IMG/VR virus record: IMGVR_UViG_3300033181_000072
Coordinates: 4,279-68,278 of that record
From: a virus
Length of the DNA stretch: 64,000 bases
Direction: 5' to 3' (one strand)
The notes under the pieces are model-generated. The model was not told the DNA's origin and ran no database searches. It saw nothing but the letters and a program-made list of their open reading frames with translations. This document shows, in pieces, positions 27,601 through 36,918 of the stretch. Position numbers and translations under genes: made by a program. Each line of letters begins with the position of its first letter. The first letter of the stretch is position 1.

Positions 27601-29857
27601 CCTGGAGGGTGGCGGTTTTGGCCTTTTCCGCTGCCTGGATCTGCTCCGTCGTAGTCTGGTCGGCCAGCCGCTTTTGCTCCGATGCGTTGAACTCCGCCGC
27701 CTGCTGCTCGCGGCCAAGCGCGGTCAGGTCGTACTGAAGCTGTTGCTCCCGCGTCTTGATCTCGTGGTCCTTGGCCTCGTCGTACTGGCGCTTTTCCTCG
27801 GTCAGCGCATCAGTCTCTGCCCGCTCCTGCTTCTTGGACGCTTCCTCGTACGCACGGAAGCGCTCATCGGCGGCGCGGGTATCGAGGGTCTTCTGTTCCT
27901 CTGCGAACTTCTCCGCCGCCTTGATGCGCTCCTCGAATGCCGCCTTTTCGCCCTGGGCAGCATCCACCGCCATTTTCTTCGCGGCGACACCGACCTGGTG
28001 ATACTCGTCGGGGATCGTCGCAAGCTCGCTGTAATGCGCCTTGACGGTTTCCGTTGCGCCGCCGAAGTACTCACCAACGTCGTGAACAGCGGTGCCCAAA
28101 GCTTTGAAGGTACCACCCAGCACATGAAAGAGCGGCTCGTTGTCGTGTAGCCACGTCCCCAGTCGGCCCAGGCTCTCTAACAGGCCGTCAACCTTCTCGC
28201 GGAACCAATCGACGTGGTCATACGCTGCCTTGATGCCGATACCCAGACCGACAACGGCGACGGCGACGAGTCCGAAGGTCGCGATCAATGGCAGGCCCGC
28301 CGCCTCCAGCAGCAGCGTCGCCACCGACGCCACGCCTTCGCCTTCCGCCAGCAAGCCGAATCCGACAGACGCCGCCGTGGTTGCCGCCGCAATCGCTCCA
28401 GCGATCGCCGGGATGGCCGTGGTCACAGCGAGAAACGCCGTCTGCGCAACCGTGGCCGCCATCACCGCCACCTGATACGTGCCCCAGATCAGCACCACAT
28501 CTCGGATGACGTTGTGACTTGCGGCGAACCCGACAACCGCCTCAATCCCCTGGCCGAGCATGCCCCGCAAGCCGCTCGTGGCCACCATCACGTCGTGGAT
28601 GCCGCCGCCCAGCGCCTCAAGCCCCTTGATGCCCGCCAGCAGCGCCGGTTGCAGATTCTCACTAAACTGGATACCACTTGCCTGCACGCTGGCCTTCAGG
28701 ACATCGAACTGGCCGCCGACGGTCTCCAGCTTCCGTGCCAGGCTATCGTTATTGATCGTCGCGATCTTCGATTGATCCGTCCCGTCCTTGAGAGTGCCCG
28801 CGTAGTCTCTTGCCGCCGTGCCAAGCAGTGTCGCCACGCCCAGGCCGCCGCGCTGCGCATTGATGAGCTTGTACGCCTCAGCCGTGGCCTCCGCCTCGCC
28901 GTATCCCATTTTCTGGAAGGCGTCGTGCAAGTCTTTGAGGACACCGTCGAGGCCCTTGGCGTGGATCCCCGCCGCCGTGAAGTCGTTGACGAGGTCAATG
29001 CCCGTGGCCTTGCCCAGTCGCACGAGTTCGGCTTCTGCCTGCTTGCCTGGATTGATCATGTGAGTGAGCATGTCGGTGACCTGCACCCCGGCGCCCGCTG
29101 CGTCAAAGCCGTGCTTCGTCAAGGCGACAAATGCCGCCGACACCTGCTCCAGCGGTACTCCCAGGTTGGCGGCCACACCGATGGCGCGTCCAGAGTGCTC
29201 GCTGAACTGCTCCAACGTCATATTGCCCTCAGCGGCGGCGAGATGGAAGATGCCCATGGTCTTGGTGGCAGCCACGAGCACATCGTTGTGTTTCTCTTGC
29301 GCCGTGGCTGCGGTACTGACATCGGTGCCATATTCGTGCATCGCGTTGGCGAGCACATTCGCGGTCTTGCTCGCGTCCCCACCAGTAGCCACCGCTGACG
29401 CCGTCGCGGCGTTCAAGATCTCCATCGATGACGCCGTGTCACCGGTGATGTTCATGACGTGCTGAAAACCCTCAGCAAGATTCTTGATGGGTGCCCCAGT
29501 CTCACTCGCCAGTTTCAAAACGCCGTCATGCAGCGCGCCCACATCGGCACTCGTCATCGTCGTATTGTTTTGAATGGTGGTGAGTTGCGTATTAAACTCA
29601 GTGCCGGACTTGACGACGCCCAGAATGCTCTGACTCAGCACGTCAAACGCTTTCGCGCCAGCGGTCAGACTCGTACCGGCAAACATCCCATTGACGAGAT
29701 TCGTGGCGCTGAGGAACGACTTTCCCATCCGATCGGCCTGCTGCTCGACCCGGTCACCGAACGCCTTGGCTTTGGCTTGCCCCTCCACGAAGGCGCGATC
29801 CAATGGCGAAAGATCCACCAGAAGTTGGATAAATGCATCACCAACGTCAAGCGACAT
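24686..29857 (-). CDS. Tape measure protein (TP901-type) with C-terminal NlpC/P60-CHAP-like peptidoglycan hydrolase
   Basis: 1723 aa; TP901 TMP core, long 29-aa-period coiled coil, FCETYV...PGDLVYF...GHVGVY catalytic Cys/His. Confidence 0.92.
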   Translation of the reverse strand: MSLDVGDAFIQLLVDLSPLDRAFVEGQAKAKAFGDRVEQQADRMGKSFLSATNLVNGMFAGTSLTAGAKAFDVLSQSILGVVKSGTEFNTQLTTIQNNTTMTSADVGALHDGVLKLASETGAPIKNLAEGFQHVMNITGDTASSMEILNAATASAVATGGDASKTANVLANAMHEYGTDVSTAATAQEKHNDVLVAATKTMGIFHLAAAEGNMTLEQFSEHSGRAIGVAANLGVPLEQVSAAFVALTKHGFDAAGAGVQVTDMLTHMINPGKQAEAELVRLGKATGIDLVNDFTAAGIHAKGLDGVLKDLHDAFQKMGYGEAEATAEAYKLINAQRGGLGVATLLGTAARDYAGTLKDGTDQSKIATINNDSLARKLETVGGQFDVLKASVQASGIQFSENLQPALLAGIKGLEALGGGIHDVMVATSGLRGMLGQGIEAVVGFAASHNVIRDVVLIWGTYQVAVMAATVAQTAFLAVTTAIPAIAGAIAAATTAASVGFGLLAEGEGVASVATLLLEAAGLPLIATFGLVAVAVVGLGIGIKAAYDHVDWFREKVDGLLESLGRLGTWLHDNEPLFHVLGGTFKALGTAVHDVGEYFGGATETVKAHYSELATIPDEYHQVGVAAKKMAVDAAQGEKAAFEERIKAAEKFAEEQKTLDTRAADERFRAYEEASKKQERAETDALTEEKRQYDEAKDHEIKTREQQLQYDLTALGREQQAAEFNASEQKRLADQTTTEQIQAAEKAKTATLQADHDIHESAVRAFEGRAEAARKAFTQQEHEAQESLRLFEADQQHALQSEEAGITGQTRLIELGKETRLHALDEETRGREESTAREIRDTEAATAKHLHDMEVRAKAYEEDQARELRGIEERKTADLHALEEQTRSFDEAKAREIKAIEETKAEQLRAINEQTHEFEEGKAREIRAIDEAKTAQLHAIDEQIKAQDRQAQEQLRQIDAAAAARIDALKAQQDVLKRTDSQQREEEALAKRVGAPAGVLLQQYHGALNEGDVAHAEKLAADIAKIDAQAADLMRRDRLARQEEAIKDQIEGIRQQTAAQKQGIADQLKAFKDGEAQRKVQLELTTKAQTDALHQEVQQFKDTQTARRDEIERTAKRQTDALHEELTRFKDHQAALKYEVEQTAKHRTDDIRDALTRFKDEQATERFEVSQTSKYHVQDLQDRLTRFKDHQAALKFEIEQTAKHDLQVLQDQLKAFRQAQIDALNAKKEQVRGLIEQYTKDRDARLDQIIKERQAEADHYLLQQRQAEQTYLNRKDALEKEKIVRDNDYVVAQNQTKLYFEGRRDAIDKTGKAAIEQLNDEKKQQDFTFGKRLEAIHVHYAEVRTAQAETHRLAVEQIDDQAKQTKEGLTTMGQAWQSYAGTANDSMSSMITQANALEKAYSAAAYQASLLGSGPGPGPGPATRHAAAANIGAFPEADRKIWEGTYGKDNAQAEWKKQATDAALANAGVGAGMGPPFGAGGSQADGVNNARGDQIAAAARVTGGTGISKYWDGDQSFCETYVEDVAGVGWRGSSAIDAWGRWDERGAAHSGYPQRPGDLVYFEWGKNGHVGVYEGNGMMRSALHGGVQDMSISDYLQVNHASLLGYVEPFLLGGQTATDGLAYLHSDEMVISQATSRALSDIGMGYGDVERMLNSVTRAAAGQPALPSSGTGGRSEVDYERLGDAVADAMMRRPTNNVNISGVGMADVAREVRTVLAQRDLLYQ

Positions 29858-29859
29858 GT

Positions 29860-30102
29860 TTACTCCACTTCCAGGGTTTCCAGCAACGCATGGGGACGTT
29901 CGGACATGCCAATCATGATCGATCGGGCACGATCAGCAACGGAACGGCGACGGACTCTGCCCGCGTGATGGTAGAGAGCGAAGACGGTGGCGGGGGGAAG
30001 ACAATCAAGTGTGGCAATCGTGTAGCCAGGAAACGACTGCATCACATCGGCAAACACGGCTGCCCACGTCTGGTGTTGGCCACCATCGCCTACGGCTTTG
30101 GG
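29860..30102 (-). CDS. Tail assembly chaperone GT extension (reached by -1 frameshift)
   Basis: -1 frame is open from slippery site CCCAAAG (30096-30102) to stop at 29860. Confidence 0.75.
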   Translation of the reverse strand, partial: PKAVGDGGQHQTWAAVFADVMQSFPGYTIATLDCLPPATVFALYHHAGRVRRRSVADRARSIMIGMSERPHALLETLEVE

Positions 30103-30626
30103 TTGCCCTGTTCGTCTACGTGCAACGCCTCCTGACTCAGCTGGCGCGTGATTGCTCGCAGTTGGTCGGCGGCGGCGGTACTGAGGGAGGCGAGTAAACC
30201 GGGCGGCAGACCCGGGATCATGACGCGGGTCAACTGCTCATCCCGCCGCGTTACCTCGTCGAGGAGCGCCTGGATCTGCGTATCGTCCTCGCACGCGTCC
30301 ACGGCTTGTGCCGCCTGGACCACGCGTTTGAGCCTCCACGAGAGCGCGCGAAGCGCTCCCGTTGTCACGGGCGGGATGGTGATCTCGATGGTCTCACCAC
30401 CACGCCGCTTGAGCGTGACGAGGATATCATCCTGGTCATCGGCAATCTCATAGCGATCCCGGAGTGGCTCGCGCTCAGGCTGGGATGCAGAGATGAGCAG
30501 GTCAGGAGACGTCCCGGGCATATCCAGGACTTTGCCTCCGGCGCGGGAGACACGGGCACGGAACTTCCGCGCCGCGTCATCCTGCGCATCCTGTTGCTCC
30601 TCCGTGAGGTTACTCGTAGCTACCAT
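30090..30626 (-). CDS. Tail assembly chaperone G
   Basis: Between major tail and TMP, ends at slippery heptamer. Confidence 0.75.
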   Translation of the reverse strand: MVATSNLTEEQQDAQDDAARKFRARVSRAGGKVLDMPGTSPDLLISASQPEREPLRDRYEIADDQDDILVTLKRRGGETIEITIPPVTTGALRALSWRLKRVVQAAQAVDACEDDTQIQALLDEVTRRDEQLTRVMIPGLPPGLLASLSTAAADQLRAITRQLSQEALHVDEQGNPKP

Positions 30627-30637
30627 GCGTCAACTCC

Positions 30638-31225
30638 TTAGATCGTCAACACGTCACGGATGACGGGGTTGTAGCTACCGATGCGCGTGAACTCACAGGG
30701 GATGCTCGTGGGTGCCCCGACGCGCTGCGCGATCACGACTGCTGCCATCGACAGCGCGACCGGGAAAAGCACACGGCGCGGGTTGCCCTTGGTGTTCGGC
30801 GGCGCGACGCCCTCGAATCCCACTGCGACGTACCGGATCAGCGCGTCATCGGTCAGCGCCAGGTCGCTATGACCAGGGACGCCAGCCGCAGCGGCCACGG
30901 TCGTGATCGCGCCTCGGCCCGTCGCATCACGGAGGTTGAGCAGCGTCGCTTCGAGCAAGGCGCACATGATCTTGTCGTCACTGCCCGCTCGAAGATGGAG
31001 CGTGACGTTGCGGTCCTGCGCCGTACGGACGTCCGTGAAGCGCTGCGCGAGCGACATGGAGACTCCCGCGTCGGTGGTGTAGCCGACGTCACGCCACGTA
31101 CCGCCCCAGGCAGCACCGAACGCGATCGTGTCTGCAGGAAGCACATCCGGCGTCGCCGAGTTCCCCGCCGCGCCGATATAGAGCTTACATGTGCCTTCGA
31201 GAATATTTGTGGAATCAGTCGCCAT
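30638..31225 (-). CDS. Major tail tube protein
   Basis: WRDVGYTTDAGVS motif and canonical position. Confidence 0.8.
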   Translation of the reverse strand: MATDSTNILEGTCKLYIGAAGNSATPDVLPADTIAFGAAWGGTWRDVGYTTDAGVSMSLAQRFTDVRTAQDRNVTLHLRAGSDDKIMCALLEATLLNLRDATGRGAITTVAAAAGVPGHSDLALTDDALIRYVAVGFEGVAPPNTKGNPRRVLFPVALSMAAVVIAQRVGAPTSIPCEFTRIGSYNPVIRDVLTI

Positions 31226-31262
31226 GCCTCGCGTCCTTTCTGGTTATATGCGCGTCCCACCG

Positions 31263-31583
31263 TTATCCGGCGGTGACGACCTCGGTGACGGGGGTACTTT
31301 CCGGGTGCGTAGGATCAACCACGGGCGGAGTCGGTGCAGCGCCGACGGCGGTCTCGGGTGCGACGGGCGGCGCAGCCGGGGGCGGTGCGACGTCACCGAA
31401 CTGGTGACCAGGATACGTGCGCAGCTCTTCGGCTTCCTCTTCGGTCACTTCAACCGCAACACCGCGCTCCGCGAGCGGACCGAGGATGCCATCACGCGCG
31501 AAGAAGTGGAACTTGCTCTTCTTGCCCATGACAGGCCGCATATCGAGTTCATCGCTGGGGCCGAGGTACTGAATGTAGGGCAT
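31263..31583 (-). CDS. Hypothetical protein with Pro-rich tail
   Basis: GGAGG SD; between tail terminator and tube genes. Confidence 0.5.
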   Translation of the reverse strand: MPYIQYLGPSDELDMRPVMGKKSKFHFFARDGILGPLAERGVAVEVTEEEAEELRTYPGHQFGDVAPPPAAPPVAPETAVGAAPTPPVVDPTHPESTPVTEVVTAG

Positions 31584-31595
31584 CGGTTCCTCCGT

Positions 31596-32027
31596 CTATC
31601 CTGCTGCGCCACGAAGCGCATCAAATCGTGTGGTCAGTGTGGTGGTCGTGATCGGCCATCCCTGTGGCTCCTCATCCGTCGCTGGAGCAGTCAGCGTCGC
31701 TGACTTCAGGAGCCACCGGCCGCTAATCAATCGGGGGCCGCGCAGACGGCCGTCAGTATCGATCACGCTGTCGTACAGTGCCCGGTAGAGCGCCATGGTG
31801 TCCTGACCCGTCGCACCGTAGCACCGGACGTAGTACCGCTGCTGGAGGGTCGGATCGGATGCCGCCACGTCACCACCTACCGCCTGGATGACGATGGATG
31901 CCGGCGGAGGACTTGGCTGCCCTTCTGGTAGTCCTGGAGGCGCACCGTAGATACGGGTCCCGACCAGCGCGGTAATACCGGCATCGGCCAGAAATGCGCT
32001 TCGGATCGCTGCAATGGTATCGATCAC
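31596..32027 (-). CDS. Tail terminator protein
   Basis: LADAGITALVGTRIY motif; canonical position. Confidence 0.7.
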   Translation of the reverse strand: MIDTIAAIRSAFLADAGITALVGTRIYGAPPGLPEGQPSPPPASIVIQAVGGDVAASDPTLQQRYYVRCYGATGQDTMALYRALYDSVIDTDGRLRGPRLISGRWLLKSATLTAPATDEEPQGWPITTTTLTTRFDALRGAAG

Positions 32028-32416
32028 CGCAGACCCAATTTCCGTTTCTGTTCCGCCCAGCGTTGCTCCAACTCGGTCAACGTCTGGGCAAGGGCACCCG
32101 TCCCGGTCCGTCCGCGCGCACCCTGGTCCACCCAGCGGTAGTAACCGCAGTTGGAGCCCACGATACCGGTCAGCTTGCCGGTCCCTGGATAGCTCGGCAG
32201 CGCGTTCCCATTCTCGTCGCTCCCTGGAGAGCGAAGTACGTTCCCGGCGGCATCCATGACCACACCATGTTGAGAGCGCCGTGCGGTCCCCGTACGCGTC
32301 GGTGTGCGCGACTTGAGGAAGATCACGCTCTCGAGGATCGCCGCATCAAGGGCATCAGTCACTGCGTGAGTGATTTCGGTGATGGCCTCCTGACGACGAT
32401 CGGTAACCCGGCTCAC
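32024..32416 (-). CDS. Neck / HK97 gp10-like protein
   Basis: RTPTRTGTARRS and YYRWVDQG motifs; GTG start overlapping upstream stop. Confidence 0.65.
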   Translation of the reverse strand: MSRVTDRRQEAITEITHAVTDALDAAILESVIFLKSRTPTRTGTARRSQHGVVMDAAGNVLRSPGSDENGNALPSYPGTGKLTGIVGSNCGYYRWVDQGARGRTGTGALAQTLTELEQRWAEQKRKLGLR

Positions 32417-33030
32417 GATTGCACCACACGGAGATGGACGATCTGAGGATGGAGCGGACCTGGTGTGACCACGCCCAGCACCTCCCACGTTTGACCGTTC
32501 ACATGCACGCGATCCGCAGGCGTGATATCAATCTCTGCGCTGACTTCCATGACGACATCACTGATGGTCATAATGCCCTGCGCATTCGTCATCTCGTGCT
32601 CACCCGGAGCGGAGATCCAGCACGGCACGTTCGTCGCTATGGAAAGATAGCCCTGCGTGTTGCCACCCCATGTGTCCTGGGTTGCACCCGGAATCCGACG
32701 CAGGATGGAGCAGGTGTGCGTGCGCAGACCCGGGGCTTCGGCATTGAGCCGGAGGTGATGTGTACCGAATTGGGCTCGGTGGCGCACGAGATACGTAGTG
32801 CCGTCCGGCGTGACCAGACGGTCGCCCCAGGCGATGTCCGGGCAGCCACGGAGCGTGTACACCGTCACACTGTCAAGTGGCATGCTGGTGCGGTCGTGGA
32901 CTGCGGCGCGGACCGGGTCAATCTGAACCGGAATCGCGTCGAGCCCAGGCACCGGTACCGGTGCGCCGGTCCCGGTGGCGGTGAGGGGACAGCGCTGGAC
33001 CGCAACCGTGGTGCTGCTCTTCCTGCGCAC
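32413..33030 (-). CDS. Head-closure protein (two tandem SPP1 gp16-like domains)
   Basis: Two GDRL/ADRV...G.TY/W.V motifs; position after adaptor. Confidence 0.6.
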   Translation of the reverse strand: MRRKSSTTVAVQRCPLTATGTGAPVPVPGLDAIPVQIDPVRAAVHDRTSMPLDSVTVYTLRGCPDIAWGDRLVTPDGTTYLVRHRAQFGTHHLRLNAEAPGLRTHTCSILRRIPGATQDTWGGNTQGYLSIATNVPCWISAPGEHEMTNAQGIMTISDVVMEVSAEIDITPADRVHVNGQTWEVLGVVTPGPLHPQIVHLRVVQS

Positions 33031-33031
33031 G

Positions 33032-33454
33032 TTACCGTCCGCGACTGCCCGACGCGACCGTGAACATGCGTGGCCGTGCGGAGGTCACGAGCAGTGCAGG
33101 TGGCAGGAGCAGGACATCAAGTTCTGCTTCGCCCCGTTGGGTCAGGAGTTGACCGCGTGCAATCCAGTCCATCGGCTTGCGTTGCATCCGGTGGTCCCCG
33201 TAGTCATCTGAGATGACGGCCGGGAGTGCCGGGGCAAGATAGCCAGCAGTCAAGAAAATGGCGGCGTTCTTGACGTGCTGTGCATCGGCCCCCGTTCGGG
33301 TCTGCGCGAGCGGATCCCGGCGCAACACGAACGCTTCGGCACGCCCCTGGTAGATAGAGAGTCCGATGATGCCATCGGGAAGATCCCCATCATCCAGGCT
33401 CGTATCCAGGGCGGCGCGCACGGCTGGGTAGTCAGAGGTCGTCAGCAGTGCCAA
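33032..33454 (-). CDS. Head-tail adaptor (connector)
   Basis: 140 aa helical protein directly after capsid cluster. Confidence 0.6.
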   Translation of the reverse strand: MALLTTSDYPAVRAALDTSLDDGDLPDGIIGLSIYQGRAEAFVLRRDPLAQTRTGADAQHVKNAAIFLTAGYLAPALPAVISDDYGDHRMQRKPMDWIARGQLLTQRGEAELDVLLLPPALLVTSARPRMFTVASGSRGR

Positions 33455-33460
33455 CGCGCG

Positions 33461-33715
33461 TTACTTCGTCGCCGGCTTGGAAGGCACAACGGGTTCCGGG
33501 GTCGTTTCCGGGGCGGGTTCCGGTGGGGGAGGAACTGCGGTGACTTCCACCAGGTCACGTCGACTCAAGCGGATCCCTACTTCAGAGGTCCGTGCCACCC
33601 GGACGGGCGTCTTTCCGGCAACGTACGCCTCGCCCTCGGGGTGTTCGGGGTTACGTTCCCAGAGCACGACGCGATCATCGTCACGGCCGCTCTGCACGGT
33701 TAAGAATTCTGGCAT
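33461..33715 (-). CDS. Small capsid-associated hypothetical protein
   Basis: GAAAGGA SD; Pro-rich C-terminus; follows major capsid. Confidence 0.5.
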   Translation of the reverse strand: MPEFLTVQSGRDDDRVVLWERNPEHPEGEAYVAGKTPVRVARTSEVGIRLSRRDLVEVTAVPPPPEPAPETTPEPVVPSKPATK

Positions 33716-33790
33716 CGATCAGTCCTTTCTTGGAGACTACACGCATGCGCGTCTAGCGCGAGGGGAAGACGAGAGACGGAGCAAGCCGTA

Positions 33791-35008
33791 TCACGCGTTA
33801 ATACTGAGCACCCGCGTGGCATTTTGGTCGAGCACGGCAAACCCTTGGACTTCGGTCATCACGAGGATGTTGGTCTGGCGAGCCACGAATCGTTCGACTT
33901 CGGTGATGTCTCCACCGACTTCAAACACCTGTTGGAGCGCCAGCCGAGCATCGAAGCCAACGATCTTCATGACTGGTGCATCGACGGTCCAGCCAATGGC
34001 CACATTGTCCGCCAGGCTGGGGTTGATGGCGCGAAAACCACCGAATCCGCCCGCACCCTGAATGGCGACCAGGGGGATATTCGCAGAGCCTGTATTGAGC
34101 AGCATTGCCTGAAGCACAGACGCGGCTTGCGCGATAGCCGTGGTCAGGGCATAGGGGCTGGGAAACTGAAGTTTGTAGTTCAGCCAGCCACGGAGCGTGA
34201 GCAGACCTGCAGTTGCCGTCGCATCGAGGGCGGTGAGGTTATAGTTGGTCGCAGCGGTGAGGGAGTTGCCGTCCCCGTTCACCAGGACATCGATGGCCGC
34301 AGCCACCTTGTCGGTCTCCGCCTGGATCGCCATCCGGGCAATCGTCAGCGCCACCATGTCGATACGCTGGCGTCGCAGAATCTCGTAGGTGGCCTCCAGT
34401 GCCCGCCCGAACTTCTTCAGGCGGATCGTGTGGTCAGCGCCGACGATCTTCGCACGGGGCACCTCGGCGCCCTGAGCGACCCGCACCCTGCGCTCGGACG
34501 CCGGGTCATCGATCAGGTAGAACGCGCGGTAGGCGTCACCATCGATCGGTGTCGTGATGGCGACCATTTCATCCAGGGGGATGGCCGGGGCCAGCTGCTT
34601 GTAGCGCGCTTGCGCCGCGTCGACAAACGGTTGCATGACCGTGCCGGGCCCGTTATCGACGGTGGTGAACAGGGAACGGGTCGAGACATCACGGCCCGTG
34701 ACGGCGCGCCGCCACTGCCGTGCCATCCATTCGGGCACGAGGCCACGCGTCTCCGCCGTCTTGTCGAACGCGTCAAACGTGTCGGCATGGAGGCCCACGG
34801 CGACGTCGGAGCGGGTGGCAATGCCCGCGGCCTTCATCAGACGGCCAAAGGCATCGAGGCCATCTTTGTAGCCATCGGACGGGTCTTGCTCTTCCAGCCA
34901 GACGGAGAGATTCTGTCCCCGGCTGTACGCCTGTCGGTAGAGTTCGCCGGAGCCCATGCGAGCCAGGAGGTCCAGCGCGCGCGGCTTTTGATCGGTGACG
35001 TGAGGCAT
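33791..35008 (-). CDS. Major capsid protein (HK97 fold)
   Basis: 405 aa; KKFGRALEATYE and C-terminal TEVQGFAVLD patterns; canonical position. Confidence 0.8.
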   Translation of the reverse strand: MPHVTDQKPRALDLLARMGSGELYRQAYSRGQNLSVWLEEQDPSDGYKDGLDAFGRLMKAAGIATRSDVAVGLHADTFDAFDKTAETRGLVPEWMARQWRRAVTGRDVSTRSLFTTVDNGPGTVMQPFVDAAQARYKQLAPAIPLDEMVAITTPIDGDAYRAFYLIDDPASERRVRVAQGAEVPRAKIVGADHTIRLKKFGRALEATYEILRRQRIDMVALTIARMAIQAETDKVAAAIDVLVNGDGNSLTAATNYNLTALDATATAGLLTLRGWLNYKLQFPSPYALTTAIAQAASVLQAMLLNTGSANIPLVAIQGAGGFGGFRAINPSLADNVAIGWTVDAPVMKIVGFDARLALQQVFEVGGDITEVERFVARQTNILVMTEVQGFAVLDQNATRVLSINA

Positions 35009-35069
35009 GAGAGATCCTTTCTGTAGAACGGCTGCGGCGCGCGCCGGAGCCCAATGGGGAGTGGGGGAA

Positions 35070-35498
35070 CTAGATCAGGACGTCGACGTTGGTGGGATCG
35101 GCCACCGCCTGGATCTTGCCCGTCATCCTGCCGAGTTCAGCGGCGACAGCGGTATTGACGGAGCGGATGTAGCCACGTGCTGCGGCGGCACCCAGGGCGC
35201 CGACGAACTTCGTACCCAGCGTGAGGGCTGCCGCCAATCCACCAGGAAGCGTGGTCATGCCGCCGAACTGGACATTGCACTTGCCGTCCTGCTCCACGAG
35301 GACCAGCTTGCCGAGCACGGGATCTCCGTCGGCACAGAGCGCCACGGTGTTATCGCCGGACAGCGTGACCGCGAGTCCGACGCCGGTCGAACCACCAGGG
35401 CGGGTGCTGTCATATGCGATGGTGACGCCATCGATGGAATAGGTTGCGAACTGTGCGGCGATGCCCTCATGGGAGAGCGTGTTACGGGGATCAGGCAT
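35070..35498 (-). CDS. Capsid decoration/cement protein
   Basis: 142 aa Gly-rich beta protein between protease and capsid. Confidence 0.6.
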   Translation of the reverse strand: MPDPRNTLSHEGIAAQFATYSIDGVTIAYDSTRPGGSTGVGLAVTLSGDNTVALCADGDPVLGKLVLVEQDGKCNVQFGGMTTLPGGLAAALTLGTKFVGALGAAAARGYIRSVNTAVAAELGRMTGKIQAVADPTNVDVLI

Positions 35499-35541
35499 GG
35501 GGATGTTTCCTTCCTTCTGCTACCACGGCACCTGCCGGTCG

Positions 35542-36918
35542 TTAGCCGCTGAACGCCATATCGGGGCGACTGCGGGGCTTCGGTACGTCCTCGTCAATCT
35601 CAACGGTTCCCTCAACACTGGCCCGTCCGCCGACGAACAGCTTGTTGCCCACGGACCGCCAGTCATCGCGCATGCGCTTGATCGCGGGCAAGGGCGAGGT
35701 CTCCAGGATGCCCCGGTACGTCTCCTCAGAGAAGTCGGTGCCGAACGCCCGTGCGCCTTCGGTGAGCGCGTCGCGCACCAGGTCGCTGCGATAGGTGCGG
35801 CCATCGTCGGCGAGGGGACGCAGCCGCACCAGTTCGTCGGTCGCGGCACGCACGGCTGCGGGAATGTCTTCCCCAACCGGGATCCCGGCGGTACTCAAGA
35901 GTTCACGCACCGTGGCAATAATCGGTGATGGTGCACTATAGGGACGTGCTGTTTGCTGATCGGGTTGCGTAGTGCTCTCAGCCGGTGTGGGTGTGCTCTC
36001 CGGAGTACGCGTTGGCTCGGATGGTGGGGCGGTTGGCGTGACCGCCGCGTCAGCCGTCGCTGTCGGCGGTGTCTGTTGGCGCTCTTGTTCTGCTGGCATA
36101 CGGCTCTCCTCTGCGCGTGGTGACGCGATGGTGGCTCCCGCAACTGCTCGCGGGGCCGTCGGCAAATGAATGCGGTAGCGTGCTTCGAGAATGCGGATAG
36201 ACTCCGGCTTGAGCCTGCCGTCACTTGCCTGCTGGCGCGCTTTGATAATGGCCGCGCCGGGAGTCGCGCCCTCGTAGACCGCACTGACTTCGGCCAGTCG
36301 TGCGTTTTTCACCCACGAAAAGGCCAGCTCCTCGGTGATGTTGCCCTTGCTGTCTTTGATGGGATAGGTCAAGCCAGGAATGTGGGGGCAGTCCCAGTCC
36401 CACACGTCCAGGCCACAGATGGAGCACTCCATGGAGCCGGGGACGAAGCCGATGGATACATCCTTGACGATGCCCGCACGCATCCCAAGGATCAGGTCGT
36501 CGGTGTTCACCCCGTTGAGGTTGAGCCCTGGGATCGTGAAGAAGTCCGCCTGCACCTTCGCCACGCCATCACCACCCGGGCCGACATACGTGCCAGCAAT
36601 GGACCGACCGAAGGGGAGAATACGGTTGTTGTGCGAGTTGAGGAACGACACGCCATCCTGGGCGTCTGCCGCATAGTTCTGCAGGCTCGATATATCCATC
36701 TTCGTGTAGTAACTGTCAAGTTGGTTGTTCGAGATCAGGGCACGCCAGAAGAATGGCGGATTGTCTTCGAAGATGCTGGGGTCGAGCGCGCCGCTCTCTG
36801 CGGCCACCCGTTGTGCGGTCGCCACATCGGTCATCCGCTCCACCGCTGCCGGATGTGCGTACACTGCGGGAATGGCCGTATCGCTCGCGTCGAGCGTTGC
36901 GGCATCACGTTCAGTCAT
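35542..36918 (-). CDS. Prohead maturation protease with C-terminal scaffold
   Basis: LNSHN (His), VSIGF (Ser) and AEVSAVYEGA motifs, then Pro/Thr linker and helical scaffold. Confidence 0.8.
   Translation of the reverse strand: MTERDAATLDASDTAIPAVYAHPAAVERMTDVATAQRVAAESGALDPSIFEDNPPFFWRALISNNQLDSYYTKMDISSLQNYAADAQDGVSFLNSHNNRILPFGRSIAGTYVGPGGDGVAKVQADFFTIPGLNLNGVNTDDLILGMRAGIVKDVSIGFVPGSMECSICGLDVWDWDCPHIPGLTYPIKDSKGNITEELAFSWVKNARLAEVSAVYEGATPGAAIIKARQQASDGRLKPESIRILEARYRIHLPTAPRAVAGATIASPRAEESRMPAEQERQQTPPTATADAAVTPTAPPSEPTRTPESTPTPAESTTQPDQQTARPYSAPSPIIATVRELLSTAGIPVGEDIPAAVRAATDELVRLRPLADDGRTYRSDLVRDALTEGARAFGTDFSEETYRGILETSPLPAIKRMRDDWRSVGNKLFVGGRASVEGTVEIDEDVPKPRSRPDMAFSG

Noticed and set aside
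33824-35026. 400-aa + strand ORF opposite the major capsid gene (likewise 26333-27460, 36166-37446, 37456-38397, 15508-16509, 19192-20175, 2645-3982)
   Set aside because: Antisense shadow ORFs caused by GC-rich codon bias of the real genes; no motifs or SD
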